64,000 nt of DNA from Auanema rhodensis (Eukaryota; Animalia; Nematoda). The translations under genes were made by a program, and so were the position numbers. Positions within the stretch are counted from its first letter, which is position 1. Each line of letters starts with the position of its first letter. Below the pieces are notes generated by a model, which saw only the letters and a program-made list of their open reading frames with translations, searched no databases and had not been told where the DNA came from. Positions 1-14,700 of this stretch are shown here, piece by piece. The stretch is taken from positions 1,550,001 through 1,614,000 of the forward strand of contig OZ059896.1 of the NCBI GenBank assembly GCA_964057225.1, in the 5' to 3' direction.

Positions 1-54
1 GGTAACCATGACTTTGAAATTTACGTGAACTTTAATTTATGCTAATTAAATGTA

Positions 55-94
55 CACGTGATGTGCACTTGGTATGTAACTCGCTTCACGTGAA
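55..94. promoter_or_regulatory. Paired CACGTG E-box/G-box motifs in each SatA monomer (first copy shown); binding function not demonstrated
   Basis: CACGTGAT at 55-62 (ATCACGTG on the minus strand) and the perfect palindrome TTCACGTGAA at 85-94. The motifs are certainly present, but any regulatory role is unproven. Confidence 0.35.
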
Positions 95-3000
95 AGATAA
101 AGAGATGCGGTTTTCACAATTAGATTCCCCATGTCCATATTAGTCTAAAAACAAATTTTTATTGATATTGATTCATGGTAACCATGACTTTGAAATTTAC
201 GTGAACTTCAATTTATGCTAATTAAATGTACACGTGATGTGCACTTGGTATGTAACTCGCTTCACGTGAAAGATAAATAGACGCGGTTTTCAAAATTAGA
301 TTCCCCATGTCCAAATTAGTCTAAAAACAAATTTTTATTTATATTGGTTCATGGTAACCATGACTTTGAAATTTACGTGAACTTTAATTTATGCTAATTT
401 AATGTACACGTGATGTGCACTTGGTATGTAACTCGCTTCACGTGAAAGATAAAGAGATGCGGTTTTCACAATTAGATTCCCCATGTCCATATTAGTCTAA
501 AAACAAATTTTTATTGATATTGGTTTATGGTAACCATGACTTTGAAATTTACGTGAACTTTAATTTATGCTAATTAAATGTACACGTGATGTGCACTTGG
601 TATGTAACTCGCTTCACGTGAAAGATAAATAGACGCGGTTTTCAAAATTAGATTCCCCATGTCCAAATTAGTCTAAAAACAAATTTTTATTTATATTGGT
701 TCATGGTAACCATGACTTTGAAATTTACGTGAACTTTAATTTATGCTAATTTAATGTACACGTGATGTGCACTTGGTATGTAACTCGCTTCACGTGAAAG
801 ATAAAGAGATGCGGTTTTCAAAATTAGATTCCCCATGTCCATATTAGTCTAAAAACAAATTTTTATTGATATTGGTTTATGGTAACCATGACTTTGAAAT
901 TTACGTGAACTTTAATTTATGCTAATTAAATGTACACGTGATGTGCACTTGGTATGTAACTCGCTTCACGTGAAAGATAAAGAGATGCGGTTTTCACAAT
1001 TAGATTCCCCATGTCCATATTAGTCTAAAAACAAATTTTTATTGATATTGGTTTATGGTAACCATGACTTTGAAATTTACGTGAACTTTAATTTATGCTA
1101 ATTAAATGTACACGTGATGTGCACTTGGTATGTAACTCGCTTCACGTGAAAGATAAAGAGATGCGGTTTTCAAAATTAGATTCCCCATGTCCATATTAGT
1201 CTAAAAACAAATTTTTATTGATATTGGTTTATGGTAACCATGACTTTGAAATTTACGTGAACTTTAATTTATGCTAATTAAATGTACACGTGATGTGCAT
1301 TTGGTATGTAACTCGCTTCACGTGAAAGATAAATAGACGCGGTTTTCAAAATTAGATTCCCCATGTCCAAATTAGTCTAAAAACAAATTTTTATTTATAT
1401 TGGTTCATGGTAACCATGACTTTGAAATTTACGTGAACTTTAATTTATGCTAATTTAATGTACACGTGATGTGCACTTGGTATGTAACTCGCTTCACGTG
1501 AAAAATAAAGAGATGCGGTTTTCACAATTAGATTCCCCATGTCCATATTAGTCTAAAAACAAATTTTTATTGATATTGGTTCATGGTAACCATGACTTTG
1601 AAATTTACGTGAACTTTAATTTATGCTAATTAAATGTACACGTGATGTGCACTTGGTATGTAACTCGCTTCACGTGAAAGATAAATAGACGCGGTTTTCA
1701 AAATTAGATTCCCCATGTCCAAATTAGTCTAAAAACAAATTTTTATTTATATTGGTTCATGGTAACCATGACTTTGAAATTTACGTGAACTTTAATTTAT
1801 GCTAATTTAATGTACACGTGATGTGCACTTGGTATGTAACTCGCTTCACGTGAAAGATAAAGAGATGCGGTTTTCACAATTAGATTCCCCATGTCCATAT
1901 TAGTCTAAAAACAAATTTTTATTGATATTGGTTTATGGTAACCATGACTTTGAAATTTACGTGAACTTTAATTTATGCTAATTAAATGTACACGTGATGT
2001 GCACTTGGTATGTAACTCGCTTCACGTGAAAGATAAATAGACGCGGTTTTCAAAATTAGATTCCCCATGTCCAAATTAGTCTAAAAACAAATTTTTATTT
2101 ATATTGGTTCATGGTAACCATGACTTTGAAATTTACGTGAACTTTAATTTATGCTAATTTAATGTACACGTGATGTGCACTTGGTATGTAACTCGCTTCA
2201 CGTGAAAGATAAAGAGATGCGGTTTTCACAATTAGATTCCCCATGTCCATATTAGTCTAAAAACAAATTTTTATTGATATTGGTTTATGGTAACCATGAC
2301 TTTGAAATTTACGTGAACTTTAATTTATGCTAATTAAATGTACACGTGATGTGCACTTGGTATGTAACTCGCTTCACGTGAAAGATAAAGAGATGCGGTT
2401 TTCAAAATTAGATTCCCCATGTCCATATTAGTCTAAAAACAAATTTTTATTGATATTGGTTTATGGTAACCATGACTTTGAAATTTACGTGAACTTTAAT
2501 TTATGCTAATTAAATGTACACGTGATGTGCATTTGGTATGTAACTCGCTTCACGTGAAAGATAAATAGACGCGGTTTTCAAAATTAGATTCCCCATGTCC
2601 AAATTAGTCTAAAAACAAATTTTTATTTATATTGGTTCATGGTAACCATGACTTTGAAATTTACGTGAACTTTAATTTATGCTAATTCAATGTACACGTG
2701 ATGTGCACTTGGTATGTAACTCGCTTCACGTGAAAAATAAAGAGATGCGGTTTTCACAATTAGATTCCCCATGTCCATATTAGTCTAAAAACAAATTTTT
2801 ATTGATATTGGTTCATGGTAACCATGACTTTGAAATTTACGTGAACTTTAATTTATGCTAATTAAATGTACACGTGATGTGCACTTGGTATGTAACTCGC
2901 TTCACGTGAAAGATAAAGAGATGCGGTTTTCACAATTAGATTCCCCATGTCCATATTAGTCTAAAAACAAATTTTTATTTATATTGGTTCATGGTAACCA

Positions 3001-5739
3001 TGACTTTGAAATTTACGTGAACTTTAATTTATGCTAATTAAATGTACACGTGATGTGCACTTGGTATGTAACTCGCTTCACGTGAAAGATAAATAGACGC
3101 GGTTTTCAAAATTAGATTCCCCATGTCCAAATTAGTCTAAAAACAAATTTTTATTTATATTGGTTCATGGTAACCATGACTTTGAAATTTACGTGAACTT
3201 TAATTTATGCTAATTAAATGTACACGTGATGTGCACTTGGTATGTAACTCGCTTCACGTGAAAGATAAAGAGATGCGGTTTTCACAATTAGATTCCCCAT
3301 GTCCATATTATTCTAAAAACAAATTTTTATTGATATTGGTGCATGGTAACCATGACTTTGAAATTTACGTGAACTTTAATTTATGCTAATTAAATGTACA
3401 CGTGATGTGCACTTGGTATGTAACTCGCTTCACGTGAAAGATAAAGAGATGCGGTTTTCAAAATTAGATTCCCCATGTCCATATTAGTCTAAAAACAGAT
3501 ATTTATTGATATTGATTCATGGTAACCATGATTTTGAAATTTACGTGAACTTTAATTTATGCTAATTAAATGTACACGTGATGTGCACTTGGTATGTAAC
3601 TCGCTTCACGTGAAAGATAAAGAGATGCGGTTTTCAAAATTAGATTCCCCATGTCCATATTAGTCTAAAAACAAATTTTTAATGATATTGGTGCATGGTA
3701 ACCATGACTTTGAAATTTACGTGAACTTTAATTTATGCTAATTAAATGTACACGTGATGTGCACTTGGTATGTAACTCGCTTCACGTGAAAGATAAAGAG
3801 ATGCGGTTTTCACAATTAGATTCCCCATGTCCATATTAGTCTAAAAACAAATTTTTATTGATATTGGTTCATGGTAACCATGACTTTGAAATTTACGTGA
3901 ACTTTAATTTATGCTAATTAAATGTACACGTGATGTGCACTTGGTATGTAACTCGCTTCACGTGAAAGATAAAGAGATGCGGTTTTCAAAATTAGATTCC
4001 CCATGTCCGTATTAGTCTAAAAACAAATTTTTATTGATATTGGTGCATGGTAACCATGACTTTGAAATTTACGTGAACTTTAATTTATGCTAATTAAATG
4101 TACACGTGATGTGCACTTGGTATGTAACTCGCTTCACGTGAAAGATAAAGAGATGCGGTTTTCACAATTAGATTCCCCATGTCCATATTAGTCTAAAAAC
4201 AAATTTTTATTGATATTGGTTCATGGTAACCATGACTTTGAAATTTACGTGAACTTTAATTTATGCTAATTAAATGTACACGTGATGTGCACTTGGTATG
4301 TAACTCGCTTCACGTGAAAGATAAAGAGATGCGGTTTTCAAAATTAGATTCCCCATGTCCATATTAGTCTAAAAACAAATTTTTGTTGATATTGGTGCAT
4401 GGTAACCATGACTTTGAAATTTACGTGAACTTTAATTTATGCTAATTAAATGTACACGTGATGTGCACTTGGTATGTAACTCGCTTCACGTGAAAGATAA
4501 ATAGACGCGGTTTTCAAAATTAGATTCCCCATGTCCAAATTAGTCTAAAAACAAATTTTTATTTATATTGGTTCATGGTAACCATGACTTTGAAATTTAC
4601 GTGAACTTTAATTTATGCTAATTAAATGTACACGTGATGTGCACTTGGTATGTAACTCGCTTCACGTGAAAGATAAAAAGATGCGGTTTTCACAATTAGA
4701 TTCCCCATGTCCATATTAGTCTAAAAACAAATTTTTATTGATATTGGTGCATGGTAACCATGACTTTGAAATTTACGTGAACTTTAATTTATGCTAATTA
4801 AATGTACACGTGATGTGCACTTGGTATGTAACTCGCTTCACGTGAAAGATAAATAGACGCGGTTTTCAAAATTAGATTCCCCATGTCCAAATTAGTCTAA
4901 AAACAAATTTTTATTTATATTGGTTCATGGTAACCATGACTTTGAAATTTACGTGAACTTTAATTTATGCTAATTTAATGTACACGTGATGTGCACTTGG
5001 TATGTAACTCGCTTCACGTGAAAGATAAAGAGATGCGGTTCTCACAATTAGATTCCCCATGTCCATATTAGTCTAAAAACAAATTTTTATTGATATTGGA
5101 GCATGGTAACCATGACTTTGAAATTTACGTGAACTTTAATTTATGCTAATTAAATGTACACGTGATGTGCACTTGGTATGTAACTCGCTTCACGTGAAAG
5201 ATAAATAGATGCGGTTTTCAAAATTAGATTCCCCATGTCCAAATTAGTCTAAAAACAAATTTTTATTGATATTGGTTCATGGTAACCATGACTTTGAAAT
5301 TTACGTGAACTTCAATTTATGCTAATTTAATGTACAAGTGATGTGCACTTGGTATGTAACTCGCTTCACGTGAAAGATAAAGAGATGCGGTTTTCACAAT
5401 TAGATTCCCCATGTCCATATTAGTCTAAAAACAAATTTTTATTGATATTGGTGCATGGTAACTATGACTTTGAAATTTACGTGAACTTTAATTTATGCTA
5501 ATTAAATGTACACGTGATGTGCACTTGGTATGTAACTCGCTTCACGTGAAAGATAAAGAGATGCGGTTTTCAAAATTAGATTCCCCATGTCCATATTAGT
5601 CTAAAAACAAATTTTTATTGATATTGGTTCATGCTAACCATGACTTTGAAATTTACGTGAACTTTAATTTATGCTAATTAAATGTACACGTGATGTGCAC
5701 TTGGTATGTAACTCGCTTCACGTGAAAGATAAAGAGATG

Positions 5740-8700
5740 CGGTTTTCAAAATTAGATTCCCCATGTCCATATTAGTCTAAAAACAAATTTTTATTGATAT
5801 TGGTTCATGGTAACCATGACTTTGAAATTTACGTGAACTTTAATTTATGCTAATTGAATGTACACGTGATGTGCACTTGGTATGTAACTCGCTTCACGTG
5901 AAAGATAAAGAGATGCGGTTTTCAAAATTAGATTCCCCATGTCCAAATTAGTCTAAAAACAAATTTTTATTGATATTGGTTCATGGTAACCATGACTTTG
6001 AAATTTACGTGAACTTTAATTTATGCTAATTAAATGTACACGTGATGTGCACTTGGTATGTAACTCGCTTCACGTGAAAGATAAAGAGATGCGGTTTTCA
6101 CAATTAGATTCCCCATGTCCATATTAGTCTAAAAACAAATTTTTATTGATATTGATTCATGGTAACCATGACTTTGAAATTTACGTGAACTTCAATTTAT
6201 GCTAATTAAATGTACACGTGATGTGCACTTGGTATGTAACTCGCTTCACGTGAAAGATAAATAGACGCGGTTTTCAAAATTAGATTCCCCATGTCCAAAT
6301 TAGTCTAAAAACAAAATTTTATTTATATTGGTTCATGGTAACCATGACTTTGAAATTTACGTGAACTTTAATTTATGCTAATTTAATGTACACGTGATGT
6401 GCACTTGGTATGTAACTCGCTTCACGTGAAAGATAAAGAGATGCGGTTTTCACAATTAGATTCCCCATGTCCATATTAGTCTAAAAACAAATTTTTATTG
6501 ATATTGGTGCATGGTAACCATGACTTTGAAATTTACGTGAACTTTAATTTATGCTAATTAAATGTACACGTGATGTGCACTTGGTATGTAACTCGCTTCA
6601 CGTGAAAGATAAATAGACGCGGTTTTCAAAATTAGATTCCCCATGTCCAAATTAGTCTAAAAACAAATTTTTATTTATATTGGTTCATGGTAACCATGAC
6701 TTTGAAATTTACGTGAACTTTAATTTATGCTAATTTAATGTACACGTGATGTGCACTTGGTATGTAACTCGCTTCACGTGAAAGACAAAGAGATGCGGTT
6801 CTCACAATTAGATTCCCCATGTCCATATTAGTCTAAAAACAAATTTTTATTGATATTGGAGCATGGTAACCATGACTTTGAAATTTACGTGAACTTTAAT
6901 TTATGCTAATTAAATGTACACGTGATGTGCACTTGGTATGTAACTCGCTTCACGTGAAAGATAAATAGATGCGGTTTTCAAAATTAGATTCCCCATGTCC
7001 AAATTAGTCTAAAAACAAATTTTTATTGATATTGGTTCATGGTAACCATGACTTTGAAATTTACGTGAACTTCAATTTATGCTAATTTAATGTACAAGTG
7101 ATGTGCACTTGGTATGTAACTCGCTTCACGTGAAAGATAAAGAGATGCGGTTTTCACAATTAGATTCCCCATGTCCATATTAGTCTAAAAACAAATTTTT
7201 ATTGATATTGGTTCATGGTAACCATGACTTTGAAATTTACGTGAACTTTAATTTATGCTAATTTAATGTACACGTGATGTGCACTTGGTATGTAACTCGC
7301 TTCACGTGAAAGATAAAGAGATGCGGTTCTCACAATTAGATTCCCCATGTCCATATTAGTCTAAAAACAAATTTTTATTGATATTGGTTCATGGTAACCA
7401 TGACTTTGAAATTTACGTGAACTTTAATTATGCTAATTAAATGTACACGTGATGTGCACTTGGTATGTAACTCGCTTCACGTGAAAGATAAAGAGATGCG
7501 GTTTTCAAAATTAGATTCCCCATGTCCATATTAGTCTAAAAACAAATTTTTATTGATATTGGTTTATGGTAACCATGACTTTGAAATTTACGTGAACTTT
7601 AATTTATGCTAATTGAATGTACACGTGATGTGCACTTGGTATGTAACTCGCTTCACGTGAAAGATAAAGAGATGCGGTTTTCAAAATTAGATTCCCCATG
7701 TCCAAATTAGTCTAAAAACAAATTTTTATTGATATTGGTTCATGGTAACCATGACTTTGAAATTTACGTGAACTTTAATTTATGCTAATTAAATGTACAC
7801 GTGATGTGCACTTGGTATGTAACTCGCTTCACGTGAAAGATAAAGAGATGCGGTTTTCACAATTAGATTCCCCATGTCCATATTAGTCTAAAAACAAATT
7901 TTTATTGATATTGATTCATGGTAACCATGACTTTGAAATTTACGTGAACTTCAATTTATGCTAATTAAATGTACACGTGATGTGCACTTGGTATGTAACT
8001 CGCTTCACGTGAAAGATAAATAGACGCGGTTTTCAAAATTAGATTCCCCATGTCCAAATTAGTCTAAAAACAAATTTTTATTTATATTGGTTCATGGTAA
8101 CCATGACTTTGAAATTTACGTGAACTTTAATTTATGCTAATTAAATGTACACGTGATGTGCACTTGGTATGTAACTCGCTTCACGTGAAAGATAAATAGA
8201 TGCGGTTTTCAAAATTAGATTCCCCATGTCCATATTAGTCTAAAAACAAATTTTTATTGATATTGGTTCATGGTAACCATGACTTTGAAATTTACGTGAA
8301 CTTTAATTTATGCTAATTTAATGTACAAGTGATGTGCACTTGGTATGTAACTCGCTTCACGTGAAAGATAAAGAGATGCGGTTTTCACAATTAGATTCCT
8401 CATGTCCATATTAGTCTAAAAACAAATTTTTATTGATATTGGTGCATGGTAACCATGACTTTGAAATTTACGTGAACTTTAATTTATGCTAATTAAATGT
8501 ACACGTGATGTGCACTTGGTATGTAACTCGCTTCACGTGAAAGATAAAGAGATGCGGTTTTCAAAATTAGATTCCCCATGTCCAAATTAGTCTAAAAACA
8601 AATTTTTATTGATATTGGTTCATGGTAACCATGACTTTGAAATTTACGTGAACTTTAATTTATGCTAATTAAATGTACACGTGATGTGCACTTGGTATGT

Positions 8701-11700
8701 AACTCGCTTCACGTGAAAGATAAAGAGATGCGGTTTTCACAATTAGATTCCCCATGTCCATATTAGTCTAAAAACAAATTTTTATTTATATTGGTTCATG
8801 GTAACCATGACTTTGAAATTTACGTGAACTTCAATTTATGCTAATTAAATGTACACGTGATGTGCACTTGGTATGTAACTCGCTTCACGTGAAAGATAAA
8901 GAGATGCGGTTTTCACAATTAGATTCCCCATGTCCATATTAGTCTAAAAACAAATTTTTATTGATATTGGTTCATGGTAACCATGACTTTGAAATTTACG
9001 TGAACTTTAATTTATGCTAATTTAATGTACACGTGATGTGCACTTGGTATGTAACTCGCTTCACGTGAAAGATAAAGAGATGCGGTTCTCACAATTAGAT
9101 TCCCCATGTCCATATTAGTCTAAAAACAAATTTTTATTGATATTGGTTCATGGTAACCATGACTTTGAAATTTACGTGAACTTTAATTATGCTAATTAAA
9201 TGTACACGTGATGTGCACTTGGTATGTAACTCGCTTCACGTGAAAGATAAAGAGATGCGGTTTTCAAAATTAGATTCCCCATGTCCAAATTAGTCTAAAA
9301 ACAAATTTTTATTTATATTGGTTCATGGTAACCATGACTTTGAAATTTACGTGAACTTTAATTTATGCTAATTTAATGTACACGTGATGTGCACTTGGTA
9401 TGTAACTCGCTTCACGTGAAAGACAAAGAGATGCGGTTCTCACAATTAGATTCCCCATGTCCATATTAGTCTAAAAACAAATTTTTATTGATATTGGAGC
9501 ATGGTAACCATGACTTTGAAATTTACGTGAACTTTAATTTATGCTAATTAAATGTACACGTGATGTGCACTTGGTATGTAACTCGCTTCACGTGAAAGAT
9601 AAATAGATGCGGTTTTCAAAATTAGATTCCCCATGTCCAAATTAGTCTAAAAACAAATTTTTATTGATATTGGTTCATGGTAACCATGACTTTGAAATTT
9701 ACGTGAACTTCAATTTATGCTAATTTAATGTACAAGTGATGTGCACTTGGTATGTAACTCGCTTCACGTGAAAGATAAAGAGATGCGGTTTTCACAATTA
9801 GATTCCCCATGTCCATATTAGTCTAAAAACAAATTTTTATTGATATTGGTTCATGGTAACCATGACTTTGAAATTTACGTGAACTTTAATTTATGCTAAT
9901 TTAATGTACACGTGATGTGCACTTGGTATGTAACTCGCTTCACGTGAAAGATAAAGAGATGCGGTTCTCACAATTAGATTCCCCATGTCCATATTAGTCT
10001 AAAAACAAATTTTTATTGATATTGGTTCATGGTAACCATGACTTTGAAATTTACGTGAACTTTAATTATGCTAATTAAATGTACACGTGATGTGCACTTG
10101 GTATGTAACTCGCTTCACGTGAAAGATAAAGAGATGCTGTTTTCAAAATTAGATTCCCCATGTCCATATTAGTCTAAAAACAAATTTTTATTGATATTGG
10201 TTTATGGTAACCATGACTTTGAAATTTACGTGAACTTTAATTTATGCTAATTGAATGTACACGTGATGTGCACTTGGTATGTAACTCGCTTCACGTGAAA
10301 GATAAAGAGATGCGGTTTTCAAAATTAGATTCCCCATGTCCAAATTAGTCTAAAAACAAATTTTTATTGATATTGGTTCATGGTAACCATGACTTTGAAA
10401 TTTACGTGAACTTTAATTTATGCTAATTAAATGTACACGTGATGTGCACTTGGTATGTAACTCGCTTCACGTGAAAGATAAAGAGATGCGGTTTTCACAA
10501 TTAGATTCCCCATGTCCATATTAGTCTAAAAACAAATTTTTATTGATATTGATTCATGGTAACCATGACTTTGAAATTTACGTGAACTTCAATTTATGCT
10601 AATTAAATGTACACGTGATGTGCACTTGGTATGTAACTCGCTTCACGTGAAAGATAAATAGACGCGGTTTTCAAAATTAGATTCCCCATGTCCAAATTAG
10701 TCTAAAAACAAATTTTTATTTATATTGGTTCATGGTAACCATGACTTTGAAATTTACGTGAACTTTAATTTATGCTAATTAAATGTACACGTGATGTGCA
10801 CTTGGTATGTAACTCGCTTCACGTGAAAGATAAATAGATGCGGTTTTCAAAATTAGATTCCCCATGTCCATATTAGTCTAAAAACAAATTTTTATTGATA
10901 TTGGTTCATGGTAACCATGACTTTGAAATTTACGTGAACTTTAATTTATGCTAATTGAATGTACACGTGATGTGCACTTGGTATGTAACTCGCTTCACGT
11001 GAAAGATAAAGAGATGCGGTTTTCAAAATTAGATTCCCCATGTCCAAATTAGTCTAAAAACAAATTTTTATTGATATTGGTTCATGGTAACCATGACTTT
11101 GAAATTTACGTGAACTTTAATTTATGCTAATTAAATGTACACGTGATGTGCACTTGGTATGTAACTCGCTTCACGTGAAAGATAAAGAGATGCGGTTTTC
11201 ACAATTAGATTCCCCATGTCCATATTAGTCTAAAAACAAATTTTTATTGATATTGATTCATGGTAACCATGACTTTGAAATTTACGTGAACTTCAATTTA
11301 TGCTAATTAAATGTACACGTGATGTGCACTTGGTATGTAACTCGCTTCACGTGAAAGATAAATAGACGCGGTTTTCAAAATTAGATTCCCCATGTCCAAA
11401 TTAGTCTAAAAACAAAATTTTATTTATATTGGTTCATGGTAACCATGACTTTGAAATTTACGTGAACTTTAATTTATGCTAATTTAATGTACACGTGATG
11501 TGCACTTGGTATGTAACTCGCTTCACGTGAAAGATAAAGAGATGCGGTTTTCACAATTAGATTCCCCATGTCCATATTAGTCTAAAAACAAATTTTTATT
11601 GATATTGGTGCATGGTAACCATGACTTTGAAATTTACGTGAACTTTAATTTATGCTAATTAAATGTACACGTGATGTGCACTTGGTATGTAACTCGCTTC

Positions 11701-14700
11701 ACGTGAAAGATAAATAGACGCGGTTTTCAAAATTAGATTCCCCATGTCCAAATTAGTCTAAAAACAAATTTTTATTTATATTGGTTCATGGTAACCATGA
11801 CTTTGAAATTTACGTGAACTTTAATTTATGCTAATTTAATGTACACGTGATGTGCACTTGGTATGTAACTCGCTTCACGTGAAAGACAAAGAGATGCGGT
11901 TCTCACAATTAGATTCCCCATGTCCATATTAGTCTAAAAACAAATTTTTATTGATATTGGAGCATGGTAACCATGACTTTGAAATTTACGTGAACTTTAA
12001 TTTATGCTAATTAAATGTACACGTGATGTGCACTTGGTATGTAACTCGCTTCACGTGAAAGATAAATAGATGCGGTTTTCAAAATTAGATTCCCCATGTC
12101 CAAATTAGTCTAAAAACAAATTTTTATTGATATTGGTTCATGGTAACCATGACTTTGAAATTTACGTGAACTTCAATTTATGCTAATTTAATGTACAAGT
12201 GATGTGCACTTGGTATGTAACTCGCTTCACGTGAAAGATAAAGAGATGCGGTTTTCACAATTAGATTCCCCATGTCCATATTAGTCTAAAAACAAATTTT
12301 TATTGATATTGGTTCATGGTAACCATGACTTTGAAATTTACGTGAACTTTAATTTATGCTAATTTAATGTACACGTGATGTGCACTTGGTATGTAACTCG
12401 CTTCACGTGAAAGATAAAGAGATGCGGTTCTCACAATTAGATTCCCCATGTCCATATTAGTCTAAAAACAAATTTTTATTGATATTGGTTCATGGTAACC
12501 ATGACTTTGAAATTTACGTGAACTTTAATTATGCTAATTAAATGTACACGTGATGTGCACTTGGTATGTAACTCGCTTCACGTGAAAGATAAAGAGATGC
12601 GGTTTTCAAAATTAGATTCCCCATGTCCATATTAGTCTAAAAACAAATTTTTATTGATATTGGTTTATGGTAACCATGACTTTGAAATTTACGTGAACTT
12701 TAATTTATGCTAATTGAATGTACACGTGATGTGCACTTGGTATGTAACTCGCTTCACGTGAAAGATAAAGAGATGCGGTTTTCAAAATTAGATTCCCCAT
12801 GTCCAAATTAGTCTAAAAACAAATTTTTATTGATATTGGTTCATGGTAACCATGACTTTGAAATTTACGTGAACTTTAATTTATGCTAATTAAATGTACA
12901 CGTGATGTGCACTTGGTATGTAACTCGCTTCACGTGAAAGATAAAGAGATGCGGTTTTCACAATTAGATTCCCCATGTCCATATTAGTCTAAAAACAAAT
13001 TTTTATTGATATTGATTCATGGTAACCATGACTTTGAAATTTACGTGAACTTCAATTTATGCTAATTAAATGTACACGTGATGTGCACTTGGTATGTAAC
13101 TCGCTTCACGTGAAAGATAAATAGACGCGGTTTTCAAAATTAGATTCCCCATGTCCAAATTAGTCTAAAAACAAATTTTTATTTATATTGGTTCATGGTA
13201 ACCATGACTTTGAAATTTACGTGAACTTTAATTTATGCTAATTAAATGTACACGTGATGTGCACTTGGTATGTAACTCGCTTCACGTGAAAGATAAATAG
13301 ATGCGGTTTTCAAAATTAGATTCCCCATGTCCATATTAGTCTAAAAACAAATTTTTATTGATATTGGTTCATGGTAACCATGACTTTGAAATTTACGTGA
13401 ACTTTAATTTATGCTAATTTAATGTACAAGTGATGTGCACTTGGTATGTAACTCGCTTCACGTGAAAGATAAAGAGATGCGGTTTTCACAATTAGATTCC
13501 TCATGTCCATATTAGTCTAAAAACAAATTTTTATTGATATTGGTGCATGGTAACCATGACTTTGAAATTTACGTGAACTTTAATTTATGCTAATTAAATG
13601 TACACGTGATGTGCACTTGGTATGTAACTCGCTTCACGTGAAAGATAAAGAGATGCGGTTTTCAAAATTAGATTCCCCATGTCCAAATTAGTCTAAAAAC
13701 AAATTTTTATTGATATTGGTTCATGGTAACCATGACTTTGAAATTTACGTGAACTTTAATTTATGCTAATTAAATGTACACGTGATGTGCACTTGGTATG
13801 TAACTCGCTTCACGTGAAAGATAAAGAGATGCGGTTTTCACAATTAGATTCCCCATGTCCATATTAGTCTAAAAACAAATTTTTATTTATATTGGTTCAT
13901 GGTAACCATGACTTTGAAATTTACGTGAACTTCAATTTATGCTAATTAAATGTACACGTGATGTGCACTTGGTATGTAACTCGCTTCACGTGAAAGATAA
14001 AGAGATGCGGTTTTCACAATTAGATTCCCCATGTCCATATTAGTCTAAAAACAAATTTTTATTGATATTGGTTCATGGTAACCATGACTTTGAAATTTAC
14101 GTGAACTTTAATTTATGCTAATTTAATGTACACGTGATGTGCACTTGGTATGTAACTCGCTTCACGTGAAAGATAAAGAGATGCGGTTCTCACAATTAGA
14201 TTCCCCATGTCCATATTAGTCTAAAAACAAATTTTTATTGATATTGGTTCATGGTAACCATGACTTTGAAATTTACGTGAACTTTAATTATGCTAATTAA
14301 ATGTACACGTGATGTGCACTTGGTATGTAACTCGCTTCACGTGAAAGATAAAGAGATGCGGTTTTCAAAATTAGATTCCCCATGTCCAAATTAGTCTAAA
14401 AACAAATTTTTATTTATATTGGTTCATGGTAACCATGACTTTGAAATTTACGTGAACTTTAATTTATGCTAATTTAATGTACACGTGATGTGCACTTGGT
14501 ATGTAACTCGCTTCACGTGAAAGACAAAGAGATGCGGTTCTCACAATTAGATTCCCCATGTCCATATTAGTCTAAAAACAAATTTTTATTGATATTGGAG
14601 CATGGTAACCATGACTTTGAAATTTACGTGAACTTTAATTTATGCTAATTAAATGTACACGTGATGTGCACTTGGTATGTAACTCGCTTCACGTGAAAGA

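Noticed and set aside
3207-3389. 60-aa ORF on the plus strand
   Set aside because: A singleton G-to-T at 3311 removes the TAG present in the other SatA monomers. It is just over one monomer long and has no coding features.
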